Shown here: one piece after another, positions 1 to 9,684 of the stretch
How positions within the stretch are numbered: the first letter of the stretch is position 1
How the letters are laid out: every line of letters starts with the position of its first letter
Assembly (NCBI GenBank): GCA_964573665.1
Contig: CAZNKI010000015.1
Span: forward strand, 556 to 64,555
Direction of reading: 5' to 3'
DNA: 64,000 bases
Source: an uncultured Candidatus Cloacimonadota bacterium
Lineage (GTDB): Bacteria; Cloacimonadota; Cloacimonadia; Cloacimonadales; WRIO01
Notes under the pieces: model-generated
Database searches by the model: none
What the model saw: only the letters and a program-made list of their open reading frames with translations
What the model was told of the DNA's origin: nothing
Translations under genes and position numbers: made by a program

Positions 1-1262
1 TTTAATTTATTTACAATCTGTTTTACAATACTCAGCCCGATCCCATTTCCAGATTTCTTTGTTGTAAAAAATGGGATAAAGATATTATCAAGATTACTCT
101 TTTCGATCCCATATCCATTATCAGTCAATGTTATTGACAAAACGTTCTGATCACAGGTAAAGGTAAGCGTCACGATTTTTTGATTTCTCTCAGATACTGC
201 ATCAAAAGCGTTGTAGATCAGATTAATCAATGCCTGTTGCAACATCGCATCATCACTAATGAACTCATAACTTTCATCACATTCAGATTGAATCTTCCAT
301 TGTATTTCTTCATTTAGAACCCGATGTTCCACCAGATGTTGAAGGGTTTGTATAAAAGAAGACAATGATATTCTTTGGATTCGAGGTTCTGATACTTTTA
401 ACAAAGATCGAAAAGAGTCCACAAAAGCGAGCAAGCCACTACTTCTTTTTTGGATAGTATTCATTGCTGTTTTGATATCTTCTGAATATTCTGAATCATG
501 CTTACTGTCTGACAGAAGCGCTGATACAGTTGCTGACAGAGAGGTAATCGGTGTAATAGAATTCATAATTTCATGTGTTAATACCCGAATCAGCCTTTGC
601 CAGGAATCAATCTCCTGTTCGTCCATTTCAGAGCGTATATCATGAATACTCAATAAATGAATGCTCTTATCTTTAAACTGCAAAGTATTGGATCTAAAAC
701 TCAGTTTGTTGTTCTGCCACTCTTCAAGTTTAAAGACCTGACTTGTACTCTCTTTCAAAGAAAAAATTGCATGAGTCAGTGTTGTAGGAAGTTCGTTGAT
801 ATTATTGATGCCCATATTTGTCGGAAGCGCTAAGAGCTTTTTAGCATATTGATTTATAAACTCAATTTTTCCATTATCATCGTAAGCAATAATCCCAATG
901 TTTAAATGTTCAATCATCGCATTCAGGTAATAGATCTTTTCCTCTTTTTCAAATTTTGAGCGATAGAAAAGTTCTTTGAGTTTACTTGCATTTCTATTTA
1001 ACTCATCAAATGGATGCCCCATTTGATCAAAGTCAAAAACATAATTTTGATCTTGCTGAGTTAAAGCATCAATAAAATGAGCCATAGATCGAATTGTTCG
1101 TTCGATATATTTCAGTAAATTTGTCAGTAACAATGCACAAACAAGCAGTATGAGCAAACTAACAAAAAAGTATTGCTTCAATGTCATCATAAAGACAAAT
1201 ATCAAAATGAATAAAAGCAGTAAATGTAGAATAATCCTGAAACGAAAGTTATTATAATTCAA
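1..1262 (-). CDS. sensor histidine kinase (NtrB/AtoS-like), C-terminus cut by window edge
   Basis: Absent from the ORF track because it is edge-truncated. My minus-strand translation gives two N-terminal TM helices (IILHLLLLFILIFVFMM, YFFVSLLILLVCALLL). It also gives an H-box LIRVLTHEIMNSITPI, an N-box LINLIYNAFDA and a G-box KKSGNGIGLSIVKQIV. The start is uncertain: TTG at 1262 preceded by GGAG, or ATG at 1190. It overlaps the stop of the upstream response-regulator gene, so the two are probably co-transcribed. Confidence 0.8.
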   Translation of the reverse strand, partial: MNYNNFRFRIILHLLLLFILIFVFMMTLKQYFFVSLLILLVCALLLTNLLKYIERTIRSMAHFIDALTQQDQNYVFDFDQMGHPFDELNRNASKLKELFYRSKFEKEEKIYYLNAMIEHLNIGIIAYDDNGKIEFINQYAKKLLALPTNMGINNINELPTTLTHAIFSLKESTSQVFKLEEWQNNKLSFRSNTLQFKDKSIHLLSIHDIRSEMDEQEIDSWQRLIRVLTHEIMNSITPITSLSATVSALLSDSKHDSEYSEDIKTAMNTIQKRSSGLLAFVDSFRSLLKVSEPRIQRISLSSFIQTLQHLVEHRVLNEEIQWKIQSECDESYEFISDDAMLQQALINLIYNAFDAVSERNQKIVTLTFTCDQNVLSITLTDNGYGIEKSNLDNIFIPFFTTKKSGNGIGLSIVKQIVNKL

Positions 1263-2622
1263 ATTTCTCCATCCTTCTGTATAATGCTGCCCGAGTTAAT
1301 CCTAACTCTTTTGCAGTATAAGTGACATTACCGTTGTGCTTCTTAAGACATTCTGAGATTCTATTCTTTTCAATTTCATCAAGTGTTCCATTGAGTAAGG
1401 GCTCTTTACTTGTGTGTTTATTGATCAGGAAGGCAAAATCTTCAGGGATAAGCATGCTTGATTCTGCAAGAATAATAGCTCTTTCTATCGCATGAATCAA
1501 CTCACGAACATTTCCAGGCCAAGAATACTGTTTAAGATAATCAGTTGTTTCTTTTTTAATGGAACTTACATTCTTATTATATTTTTTTGAGAAGATCTGA
1601 AGGTAATAAGACAATAAATCGTCAATATCTTCCATTCGATGTCTCAAAGGCGGAATATAGATTTCGATGGTATTAATGCGATACAATAAGTCCTGACGAA
1701 ATTTCTGTTCCTGAAGCAGATCATCCATTGAAAGATTCGTCGCACTGATGATGCGAACATTAACGGGAATCGGGTGATTTGAGCCCACACGAACAATCTC
1801 TTGTTTTTCTATTGCCGTGAGTAATTTGCTCTGTTGTGATAAAGACAGATTACCAATTTCGTCCAAAAATAGAGTGCCACCAGAAGCGGCTTGAAAACGG
1901 CCCATCCGATCATTCTTCGCATCAGTAAAAGCCCCTTTGCAATGCCCAAATAATTCGCTTTCAAAGAGCGATTCTGTGATCGCGCCTAAATCGACACTCA
2001 GGAAGGTTTCTTTATTTCTTAAAGAACATTGATATAAAGCACGAGCGATCAGTTCTTTACCAGTTCCATTCTCGCCTGTAATCAGCACATTTGCATCGGT
2101 GGGACCTACTTTTTTTATGACAGAGATAATATGTTTCATCGATTCTGATCTGCCAATGATATTCATAAAAGACATTGCAAGGTCATCCTGAAGCAAGGTT
2201 TGCTTTTCTTTAAGAAATGTCATTTCTTTCCTTGATCGGCTGATTTCGGCAGCAGAATTAATGGTTGCCAGGAGCTTTTCATTTTGCCATGGTTTTAAAA
2301 CAAAATCAACTGCACCCGCCTTTAAAGCTTTGATTGCTTTATCCATATCTCCGTAAGCCGTAAGAAAAACGACAACCATTTGTGGATTGAGTTTTAGGAT
2401 CAGATCCAGTAAATCAAAACCTTCTTGTCCGCTGATCGTATCTTTAGTAAAATTCATATCAAGAAGAATAATATCAAAGTCATTTTTTTTGATTAATTCA
2501 GGTACTTTTGCAGGATTATTCTCTGTGATAATCTCTTTAACCTGATTCTTTAACAACAATCTCAAGGAGAGTAAAATATCAGGATCATCATCAACAGCGA
2601 GAATTCTCATATCTTCTTTCAT
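1252..2622 (-). CDS. sigma54-dependent response regulator (NtrC-family enhancer-binding protein)
   Basis: N-terminal receiver domain (ILAVDDDPDIL ... ILLDMNF). AAA+ domain with Walker A GENGTGKE, the sigma54-contact motif GAFTDA and ESELFGH. C-terminal Fis-type HTH (AKELGLTRAALYRRM). GGAGGA RBS before the ATG. Confidence 0.92.
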   Translation of the reverse strand: MKEDMRILAVDDDPDILLSLRLLLKNQVKEIITENNPAKVPELIKKNDFDIILLDMNFTKDTISGQEGFDLLDLILKLNPQMVVVFLTAYGDMDKAIKALKAGAVDFVLKPWQNEKLLATINSAAEISRSRKEMTFLKEKQTLLQDDLAMSFMNIIGRSESMKHIISVIKKVGPTDANVLITGENGTGKELIARALYQCSLRNKETFLSVDLGAITESLFESELFGHCKGAFTDAKNDRMGRFQAASGGTLFLDEIGNLSLSQQSKLLTAIEKQEIVRVGSNHPIPVNVRIISATNLSMDDLLQEQKFRQDLLYRINTIEIYIPPLRHRMEDIDDLLSYYLQIFSKKYNKNVSSIKKETTDYLKQYSWPGNVRELIHAIERAIILAESSMLIPEDFAFLINKHTSKEPLLNGTLDEIEKNRISECLKKHNGNVTYTAKELGLTRAALYRRMEKFEL

Positions 2623-2671
2623 CGATCCTCCTGATTACAGAATATCAAAAGAAAAAGACTTGTCAAGAAAA

Positions 2672-2687
2672 TGTCCGTTATCGGACA
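2672..2687. promoter_or_regulatory. perfect 6-4-6 palindrome TGTCCG-TTAT-CGGACA, candidate enhancer (UAS) for the adjacent sigma54 activator
   Basis: Read directly from the sequence. It lies about 75 bp upstream of the -24/-12 element, in the divergent intergenic region. Confidence 0.45.
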
Positions 2688-2747
2688 CTTAATTTTTAAA
2701 ATCGAACAAATAAGTGTGGTAAATGAGGAATTTTTACCCATAATAAT

Positions 2748-2763
2748 TGGCATTGAGATTGCA
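2748..2763 (+). promoter_or_regulatory. sigma54 (-24/-12) promoter TGGCAT-TGAGA-TTGCA
   Basis: The GG and GC dinucleotides have the canonical spacing of TGGCAC-N5-TTGCW. The element sits about 38 bp upstream of the ATG at 2801 and is divergent from a sigma54 activator gene. Confidence 0.65.
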
Positions 2764-2800
2764 GATAGAAAAAGCATGAACAAAATTATATGGAGGAATT

Positions 2801-3010
2801 ATGTGTGACTTTTTTAGTCCTGGCATGTACTCATTTTTGAAGTATCTGGTATTCTTTTTTATTGTAATGCTTATTGTCTCACTTTTTGAATTACCTGACT
2901 GGATTCAGAGAAAACTCGGCAGACATAGCAAATCAGATTTGGAGAACAAAGTGAGTGAATTACAAAAGAGAATTGATGAATTAGAAGCAAAAATCAAAAA
3001 AGACGAGTAG
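2801..3010 (+). CDS. small membrane protein, single TM plus C-terminal coiled coil (PspB-like architecture)
   Basis: 69 aa with a GGAGGA RBS. TM segment YLVFFFIVMLIVSLF followed by a charged helix (DLENKVSELQKRIDELEAKIKK). It is the first gene after the sigma54 promoter. The function is inferred from architecture only. Confidence 0.5.
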   Translation: MCDFFSPGMYSFLKYLVFFFIVMLIVSLFELPDWIQRKLGRHSKSDLENKVSELQKRIDELEAKIKKDE

Positions 3011-3018
3011 CATCGATC

Positions 3019-4296
3019 ATGGAAAAAATCACTCAGATATCAATGGATCGAATCATTGAAAAGAAGTTTTGGACAAGAAAACGGATCATTAGCCTTTTAT
3101 CAGCAATAATAGTCCTTGTTATCATCAGTTATCTGCTTATTTTTAAAGACTATAAAAAGAGCATTAGAATCAATACAGATCATGTGGGGATTCAACTGGT
3201 CAAAAGAGGAGAATTTCTTGATTACACGGTGATCAGCGGACAAATCGTTCCTGAACAGGTGATCTATCTGGACGCTATGGAAGGTGGACGAATAGAAGAA
3301 ATCTATGCAGAAGAGGGTCAAATACTCGAAAAGGGGACCCCGATCTTGAGGTTGAGCAACTCTAATCTACAGATGAGTATGATGAATCGTGAATCTGAGC
3401 TTGCTGATCAGATGAATAATCTCCGCAATACACGCCTATTGATGGAAGAAAACCGATTATCCATTAAAGCACAGTTGCTTGATAATGAATTTGCCCTGAT
3501 CCAGTCCAAGCGAGATTATGATCAGACACGTGAACTCTATGAAAGAAAACTGATATCAAAAAACGAGTACTTGATCGTATTTGAAAAGTATCAGCTCTAT
3601 GATAATAAACAAAAGTTGCTAAAAGAAACGGCGAAACAAGACTCTGTCTTTCGTAGTGTTCAAATTGAGCAACTCAATGATTCAGTAAAAAGATTGCAGG
3701 GCAATTTAAAACTTATCAGAGAAAAAATGGATGGGCTACTTGTTAAAGCGCCTGTTACAGGCCAACTAAGTTCATTCAACGGAGAAATTGGACAATCAAA
3801 GAATCCAGGGGAAGCTTTAGGCACAATCAATGTCATCAATAGTTATAAGATTCAAAGCAACATCAGCGAGTTTTATCTCAATCGAATTCAAGTGGGATTA
3901 AAAGCAAGTGCAGAATCGAACAATGAGTCATTTCCTATTCGATTGCAAAAGATACATCCAGAAGTCAAAAATGGCAGTTTTCAGGTTGACTTTATCATTC
4001 CAAATGAGTTAAGCAAAAATTTCCATATCGGCCAATCATTTTTAGTAAATATTGAGCTTGGCAAATCGAAAGAAAGCCTTCTTTTACCCAAAGGCAGTTT
4101 TTTCCCATACACTGGGGGTCAGTGGGTATTTGTTTTAAGCAAAGATAAAAAAACCGCAGAGAAAATACCTATAAAAATAGGTGGTCAAAATCCAGATTAT
4201 TATGAAGTTTTAGAAGGCCTTCAAGAAGGTGATCGTGTGATTATCAGCGGTTATGAACGTTTAAAAAAAGCAGAAAGAATCATTTTTAATAAATAG
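3019..4296 (+). CDS. HlyD-family efflux periplasmic adaptor (MacA-like)
   Basis: N-terminal TM anchor, long coiled-coil region and C-terminal beta-barrel-like region. It directly precedes a MacB-type ATPase and permease. Confidence 0.85.
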   Translation: MEKITQISMDRIIEKKFWTRKRIISLLSAIIVLVIISYLLIFKDYKKSIRINTDHVGIQLVKRGEFLDYTVISGQIVPEQVIYLDAMEGGRIEEIYAEEGQILEKGTPILRLSNSNLQMSMMNRESELADQMNNLRNTRLLMEENRLSIKAQLLDNEFALIQSKRDYDQTRELYERKLISKNEYLIVFEKYQLYDNKQKLLKETAKQDSVFRSVQIEQLNDSVKRLQGNLKLIREKMDGLLVKAPVTGQLSSFNGEIGQSKNPGEALGTINVINSYKIQSNISEFYLNRIQVGLKASAESNNESFPIRLQKIHPEVKNGSFQVDFIIPNELSKNFHIGQSFLVNIELGKSKESLLLPKGSFFPYTGGQWVFVLSKDKKTAEKIPIKIGGQNPDYYEVLEGLQEGDRVIISGYERLKKAERIIFNK

Positions 4297-4308
4297 TAAG
4301 GAGGATCC

Positions 4309-4992
4309 ATGATCAGAACGAGTAATTTAAGTAAGATCTATCAAACAGATACCATAGAAACCACAGCATTAAACCGAATCAATATTGAAATCAAATCAGG
4401 AGAGTTTGTTGCCATCATCGGACCTTCTGGTTGCGGAAAAACAACGCTTTTAAACATCATTGGCTTGCTTGATCAAGCAAGTGCAGGAGATCTGTTTTTT
4501 CTTGATCAGGATATCAGTTCTTTCAATGAATACAAACGCACACAATTAAGAAAAGAGAATATTGGCTTTATTTTTCAAAGCTTTAATCTGATTGATGAAT
4601 TAAGTGTATTTGAAAATGTAGAACTCCCCTACTTTTATATGAAAATGCCTGCCCATGAACGCAAAAGAAAGGTAGATGAGGTATTGGAACGTTTACAGCT
4701 CAGTCACAGAAGAAATCATTTCCCTCAACAGTTATCTGGAGGTCAGCAACAAAGAGTGGCAGTAGCCCGGGCAGTCGTTAATCAGCCAAAATTAATTTTA
4801 GCAGATGAGCCGACAGGAAATCTGGACTCAAAAAACGGTGAAGAAGTGATGGATATTCTCAATCAGCTCAACCAGAGCGGAACAACGATTGTTATGGTGA
4901 CGCATTCACTGGCACATGCCCGATATGCTAAACGTGAGATTCATTTGCTTGATGGACAAGTCATTCAGGGCAACATCGTCCAGGATATTTAA
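4309..4992 (+). CDS. ABC transporter ATP-binding protein (MacB/LolD type)
   Basis: Walker A GPSGCGKTT, signature LSGGQQQRVAVARA, Walker B ILADEPTGNLD. Confidence 0.92.
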   Translation: MIRTSNLSKIYQTDTIETTALNRINIEIKSGEFVAIIGPSGCGKTTLLNIIGLLDQASAGDLFFLDQDISSFNEYKRTQLRKENIGFIFQSFNLIDELSVFENVELPYFYMKMPAHERKRKVDEVLERLQLSHRRNHFPQQLSGGQQQRVAVARAVVNQPKLILADEPTGNLDSKNGEEVMDILNQLNQSGTTIVMVTHSLAHARYAKREIHLLDGQVIQGNIVQDI

Positions 4993-5001
4993 GGAGGAAT
5001 T

Positions 5002-7443
5002 ATGTTTGGCAGTTATTTTAAAATCGCCATCCGCAATATCATGAAAACAAAGCTCTATTCTTTTTTAAATATCATGGGGCTGTCAATAGGATTAGCTAGT
5101 GTGATCCTTATCATTTTATATACTTATCATCAACTGAGTTATGATCATTATCATCAAAAAGCTGATCGAATTTATCGAATTGCCTCTCATTTCACCATTG
5201 ATGGAAAAGATGATCTATTTGCGGCTTCTTCATTTGCGATTGCACCTTTATTCAAGGAAATCTACCCAGAAGTGGAAGAATTCGTAAGATTTACCAATGC
5301 AGGAGAACTTGTTCTCACTTATAAAGATAAACAACATAAAGTAGAACGAAATTTCTTTGCCAATCAAAGCGCATTAAGTATTTTTACTCATGAATTTAGT
5401 GCAGGTAATCCTGCAAATGCTTTGGACGGCGTCAATAAGGTCGTATTATCAGAAACTACTGCACAACAAATTTTTGGAGAAGAACCAGCAGTAGGTAAAA
5501 ATATTACTACTTCCTCGGGCGCATTATACAAAGTGACAGGAGTATTTAAAGATCTGCCTGATAATGTACATTTGAAGTATGACGCTCTTTATTCTGCTGA
5601 TACAATGTATCAGAGAATCATCAGCCAAGCCGGTCCAGAAGCTCTTGATTATCACAACCCACAATTACTTTGGCAGATCAATGATTTGTCATATATCGTA
5701 CTCAAAGAAAATGCAAACCATCAGGAGTTCCTAAAAAAAGCAAAAGGCTTTGGCGATAAATATATGAATGATCAAGGCAAAGCTTTCAATGCATCATTTC
5801 AACCGATCATTCAGAATTTGAAAGAAACTCATTTTTGTCAATTACAATGGGATATGCCTCAAGGTAAAAAAGAGTATCTCATGTTGTTTGTCATCGTTGG
5901 TTTTTTCATCATGAGCATTGCCAGTATCAATTATATGAATCTGGCTACTGCACGCTCTGCTAAAAGAGCCAAAGAAGTCGGTTTAAGAAAAGTGATCGGT
6001 GCACAAAAAAACCAACTGATCAGCCAATTCCTCATTGAATCTGTCGTCATGACGCTCATCGCCTTATTTTTTGCGTTGATACTCGCAGAACTCGTTTTAC
6101 CTACTTTTAATCACTTAGCTGGAACAAAACTCAGCATTGGCTTACATACCCCAATTTTCATCTATCTAGGCATATTTATTGTAAGCATTTTGGTCGGTAT
6201 CATATCTGGAAGTTATCCTGCCTTTGTATTGTCTTCGTATCAACCAGCAATCGTTATAAAAGGAGAAGTGACAAAAGGCGTCAGAGGAAAGCTTGTTAGA
6301 GAGATTCTGGTTATTCTGCAATTCTCATTATCCATTATCATGATCATCGGTACACTGGTCGTACTAAAGCAATTAAACTACCTAAGAAATCAGGAACTCG
6401 GATTTAACAAAGAAAACGTCCTCTGTGTCGTTGCATCACGCGATAGCCTTTTTGCACAAAACTATCAGGCCTTCAGAAATGAAGTTTTGCAAAACCCAAA
6501 CATCAAGAATGTAGCAACGACAAATATCATTCCAGCAGGTGAAATGGGAAAACTCATCTTTACGACCAGCAATAAAGGCAAAAATGTCAGTACAGGCTTT
6601 AACTATCTAGTTGCTGATCCTAGTTTTCTGTCTCTTTTAGGAGCACCGATGGTACAAGGTAAGGGTTTTGACACTATTGATGGTATAAATTATACTGGAC
6701 CAACATTAGATGGCCAGGCAACAGAATTCATCCTCAATGAAAGCGCTGCAAAAGCAATCGGATGGGAAAAGAATGCTGTGAATCAAAACATTTCTCCATC
6801 AGGCAATCCAAGCCTTGGAAAAGTGATTGGTGTGGTGAAAAACTTTAATTACAACTCATTGCACAACAGTATTGAACCATTGGTCATCATGCCTGCAACC
6901 CGTGTTGAGCGTAATGTCATGATCAGAATCAATGGTGAAGATACCCCTCAAACACTGGCGCTTGTTGAAATAGCCTGGATGAAACATTTCCCAAAATCTC
7001 CTTTTGAATTCAGATTTCTGGAAGATAAAATCGATGAGCTATATGAATCTGAAGTTAAATTATCCCAGATTTTTACATATTTCTCCATCTTATGTATCTT
7101 TATTGCCTGTTTAGGTTTATTGGGATTAGCCACATTTGCAGCCCAACAAAGAACAAAAGAGATCGGTATTCGCAAAGTCATGGGTTCAAGTATCCGAAGT
7201 ATTATCTTACTTCTAACAAAAGATTTTTCAAAACTGGTAATCATCTCGAATATTATCGCTCTCCCTGTGTCATATTACCTACTCTACCAGTGGCTCAACA
7301 AATTTCCATATCATATATCTATTCCGGTCAGTTCGTTTGTTATAGCGATGTTTTCGGCGTTTTTAATCGCATGGATCACCGTGGGCATTGTAGCATACAG
7401 AGCAGCATCATCTAATCCCGTTGAAGCGCTAAGATACGAATAA
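5002..7443 (+). CDS. ABC transporter permease, duplicated FtsX/MacB-periplasmic-domain type
   Basis: 813 aa. N-terminal TM followed by a large extracytoplasmic domain and a 3-TM FtsX block. The pattern then repeats, as is typical of roughly 800-aa MacB-like permeases. Confidence 0.9.
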   Translation: MFGSYFKIAIRNIMKTKLYSFLNIMGLSIGLASVILIILYTYHQLSYDHYHQKADRIYRIASHFTIDGKDDLFAASSFAIAPLFKEIYPEVEEFVRFTNAGELVLTYKDKQHKVERNFFANQSALSIFTHEFSAGNPANALDGVNKVVLSETTAQQIFGEEPAVGKNITTSSGALYKVTGVFKDLPDNVHLKYDALYSADTMYQRIISQAGPEALDYHNPQLLWQINDLSYIVLKENANHQEFLKKAKGFGDKYMNDQGKAFNASFQPIIQNLKETHFCQLQWDMPQGKKEYLMLFVIVGFFIMSIASINYMNLATARSAKRAKEVGLRKVIGAQKNQLISQFLIESVVMTLIALFFALILAELVLPTFNHLAGTKLSIGLHTPIFIYLGIFIVSILVGIISGSYPAFVLSSYQPAIVIKGEVTKGVRGKLVREILVILQFSLSIIMIIGTLVVLKQLNYLRNQELGFNKENVLCVVASRDSLFAQNYQAFRNEVLQNPNIKNVATTNIIPAGEMGKLIFTTSNKGKNVSTGFNYLVADPSFLSLLGAPMVQGKGFDTIDGINYTGPTLDGQATEFILNESAAKAIGWEKNAVNQNISPSGNPSLGKVIGVVKNFNYNSLHNSIEPLVIMPATRVERNVMIRINGEDTPQTLALVEIAWMKHFPKSPFEFRFLEDKIDELYESEVKLSQIFTYFSILCIFIACLGLLGLATFAAQQRTKEIGIRKVMGSSIRSIILLLTKDFSKLVIISNIIALPVSYYLLYQWLNKFPYHISIPVSSFVIAMFSAFLIAWITVGIVAYRAASSNPVEALRYE

Positions 7444-7463
7444 AGATAAAAGGAGATCAAAAA

Positions 7464-8798
7464 ATGAAAAAAAACCATATCATCCTCATTGGATTATTCC
7501 TCTTCTTCTTAATAAGTTCACTTTTTGGGATTGAGGAGCAGAAATATACATTTAGCAAAGCGGATAGCCTTTTTGAATTATTGTCAAAGCATCACAAAAC
7601 CATGGGCACTTTTATGATCAAAAAAGGGAATGAAGTCATTTACAGCAAGGCAGTAGGATATCAAAACATCGACAAACAGATTGAAAACAATATCGATACC
7701 AAATTTAGAATCGGCTCTATTTCCAAAATGTTTACCTCCGTAATGATCTTCCAACTGATTCAGGAAAAGAAACTCAGTCTTGACACAAAATTAAGCGAAT
7801 ATTTCCCCAAGATAGAAAATGCAAAAGACATCACTATTGCTATGATGCTCAATCATCACAGTGGTATTCATTCATTTACAAACGACAAGAAATACCTTGA
7901 ATGGTGTACTGAGAAGAAAAGCAAGAAAGACATGCTGAAGATCATCGAAAAGAGCAAAGCAGTATTCAAACCAGGAGAAAAAGGTGAATACAGCAACTCC
8001 AATTATGTTTTGCTTGCCTATATCATCGAAGCCATTGATCAACAGAATTATCAGCAATCATTGGAACAAAGAATTTGCAAACCTTTGGGATTAACAAACA
8101 CTTATTATGGCGGAGATATATCATCTGAAAGAAATGAAGCATTCTCTTACAATGAAGATCAAGGCTGGAAACAGGAAATGATCACCGATATGAGCATACC
8201 TTCAGGAGCGGGTGCTATTGTGTCTAATGCCAGTGATTTATGCCAGTTTGGTTCAGCATTATTTAATGGTAAACTGATCTCTGAAAAGAGCCTTAATCAA
8301 ATGATCGAAATCAAAGACGAATTTGGTTATGGAATCTTTAAGTATAACGCGCCAGGGATCAACGTATACGGGCATGGAGGTGGAATAGACGGATTTACGA
8401 CACAACTTTGCATCATGCCAGAAGAAAACCTTTATTTTGTTGCTTTATCTAATGGCAGTGTATATCCAACGATGAAGATTGCCTTTGATATGATCAAAAT
8501 CTACCATCATTTCCCCTATACAATGCCTGATTTTGAAGTGAAAGATGTTAAAATTGAAGATCTTTCAATCTATACAGGCATTTATCAAAGCAAACAAATC
8601 AATTTAAAGATAAAGGTGAGTGAAGAAAAGGGGCAACTCTTTGCTCAGGCAGATGGTCAAATGAAATTCCCGCTCAGTGTGGCTGATATTCATAAGTTCA
8701 GGTTTGAGAAGGCAGGAATAGAAATGCTTTTTAAACCTGAGCTGGGAGAATTTATCCTTTATCAAAACTCACAGGAATTTCTGTTTAAAAAAGAATAG
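7464..8798 (+). CDS. secreted serine hydrolase, beta-lactamase/PBP4* (class C-like) fold
   Basis: Signal peptide. SxxK motif (GSISKMF), YxN motif (EYSNSNY) and an HGG triad (YGHGGGIDG). Confidence 0.85.
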   Translation: MKKNHIILIGLFLFFLISSLFGIEEQKYTFSKADSLFELLSKHHKTMGTFMIKKGNEVIYSKAVGYQNIDKQIENNIDTKFRIGSISKMFTSVMIFQLIQEKKLSLDTKLSEYFPKIENAKDITIAMMLNHHSGIHSFTNDKKYLEWCTEKKSKKDMLKIIEKSKAVFKPGEKGEYSNSNYVLLAYIIEAIDQQNYQQSLEQRICKPLGLTNTYYGGDISSERNEAFSYNEDQGWKQEMITDMSIPSGAGAIVSNASDLCQFGSALFNGKLISEKSLNQMIEIKDEFGYGIFKYNAPGINVYGHGGGIDGFTTQLCIMPEENLYFVALSNGSVYPTMKIAFDMIKIYHHFPYTMPDFEVKDVKIEDLSIYTGIYQSKQINLKIKVSEEKGQLFAQADGQMKFPLSVADIHKFRFEKAGIEMLFKPELGEFILYQNSQEFLFKKE

Positions 8799-8824
8799 TT
8801 TTTCGCATATTGTTGCGCTTTAAC

Positions 8825-8853
8825 TTGACTTTTTTATTGAACCATGATAGATT
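8825..8853 (+). promoter_or_regulatory. sigma70-like promoter TTGACT-N17-TAGATT
   Basis: Read directly from the sequence. It precedes the ATPase gene starting at 8917. Confidence 0.45.
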
Positions 8854-8916
8854 TACTTGATGGGATGATTCATTGATATGAGTCATCCTCGCTCAAGTTG
8901 TAATGAGGAGAAGAAT

Positions 8917-9630
8917 ATGATAGAACTCATTGAAGTGAATAAAAGATATCGAACTCATGAGATAGAAACTCAGGCATTAAAAAAGATCAGTTTATCCATT
9001 CAGGAGAATGAGTTTGTCTCAATCATGGGTCCTTCTGGCAGTGGTAAATCCAGTTTACTCAACATCATTGGATTAATTGACTCGATGTCATCTGGACAGT
9101 ATTACTTCAATAAGCAAAACATAAGTACATACAATGAGAAGTTAAGATCAAATCTTAGAAAGCTGAAAATGGGTTTTGTCTTTCAGAAGTTCAATCTGAT
9201 CGATGAATTAAGCGTCTATCAGAATATTGAACTACCTTTAAACTTTTTTAATGTTCCTGCAAAAGAAAAGAAAAAAAGAGTGCTCAGTATATTGGAAAAA
9301 ATGTCATTAACCTCATTGGCTCAAAAAACACCATTGATGCTATCTGGCGGTCAACAACAGAGTGTAGCTGTTGCGCGTGCTTTAATTACAGAACCTCAGG
9401 TCATCCTTGCAGATGAACCTACGGGCAATCTGGATAGCCAAAGTGGAAAAATCGTAATGAATTTGCTGAAAGAAATCCACTCAGAAGGCAGTACTGTCAT
9501 TATGACCACTCATTCGATGGATTATGCGCGAATGGGTAGTCGTATCATCAATCTTTATGATGGAGAAGTGGTGACAGAGAGTTTCTTTGAAAGTGTGTAC
9601 GCGACAAAGAAGAAAAAGGCCTTTTATTAA
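8917..9630 (+). CDS. ABC transporter ATP-binding protein (second MacB/LolD-type ATPase, no cognate permease adjacent)
   Basis: Walker A GPSGSGKSS, signature LSGGQQQSVAVARA, Walker B ILADEPTGNLD. I prefer the ATG at 8917 (GAGGAG RBS; N-terminus MIELIEVNKRY parallels MIRTSNLSKIY of the first ATPase) over the track start at 8878. Confidence 0.88.
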   Translation: MIELIEVNKRYRTHEIETQALKKISLSIQENEFVSIMGPSGSGKSSLLNIIGLIDSMSSGQYYFNKQNISTYNEKLRSNLRKLKMGFVFQKFNLIDELSVYQNIELPLNFFNVPAKEKKKRVLSILEKMSLTSLAQKTPLMLSGGQQQSVAVARALITEPQVILADEPTGNLDSQSGKIVMNLLKEIHSEGSTVIMTTHSMDYARMGSRIINLYDGEVVTESFFESVYATKKKKAFY

Positions 9631-9684
9631 TGTTTGGTAGGTAAAAAATCCTTGTATTCATGTTATTTGACGACCAAAACAATA

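Noticed and set aside
3100-3321. Short ORFs overlapping or antisense to long genes. Examples: 3100-3321, 6948-7244, 7092-7415, 7872-8057, 20255-20491, 20825-21016, 21185-21406, 21415-21849, 23227-23487, 24821-25015, 27053-27256, 27836-28042, 28080-28286, 28781-29011, 29295-29525, 29781-30029, 31391-31591, 31660-31860, 32718-32945, 33639-33866, 33980-34189, 36723-37055, 37503-37685, 39752-39949, 40010-40198, 41315-41497, 41801-42184, 43981-44169, 46790-46978, 48280-48465, 51304-51531, 51650-51847, 51775-51963, 52547-52798, 54267-54551, 56069-56329, 56575-56763, 56983-57201, 59498-59686, 60300-60599, 60482-60688, 62001-62243, 63424-63639, 63507-63689
   Set aside because: All are embedded in much longer ORFs that have clear family signatures. 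They have low-complexity or AT-rich-frame composition and lack an RBS, so I treat them as spurious.
8878-8916. N-terminal extensions in the ORF track (8878, 12683, 15789, 19354, 26890, 29707, 36559, 54072)
   Set aside because: Most begin at TTG or GTG codons (12683, 15789, 19354, 26890, 29707); 8878 and 36559 are upstream ATGs. Where I checked, they overlap predicted promoters (12683, 36559) or lack a clear RBS (8878), while a downstream ATG with a GGAG-type RBS gives a canonical N-terminus or signal peptide. I used the downstream starts except at 54072, which I kept and flagged as uncertain.
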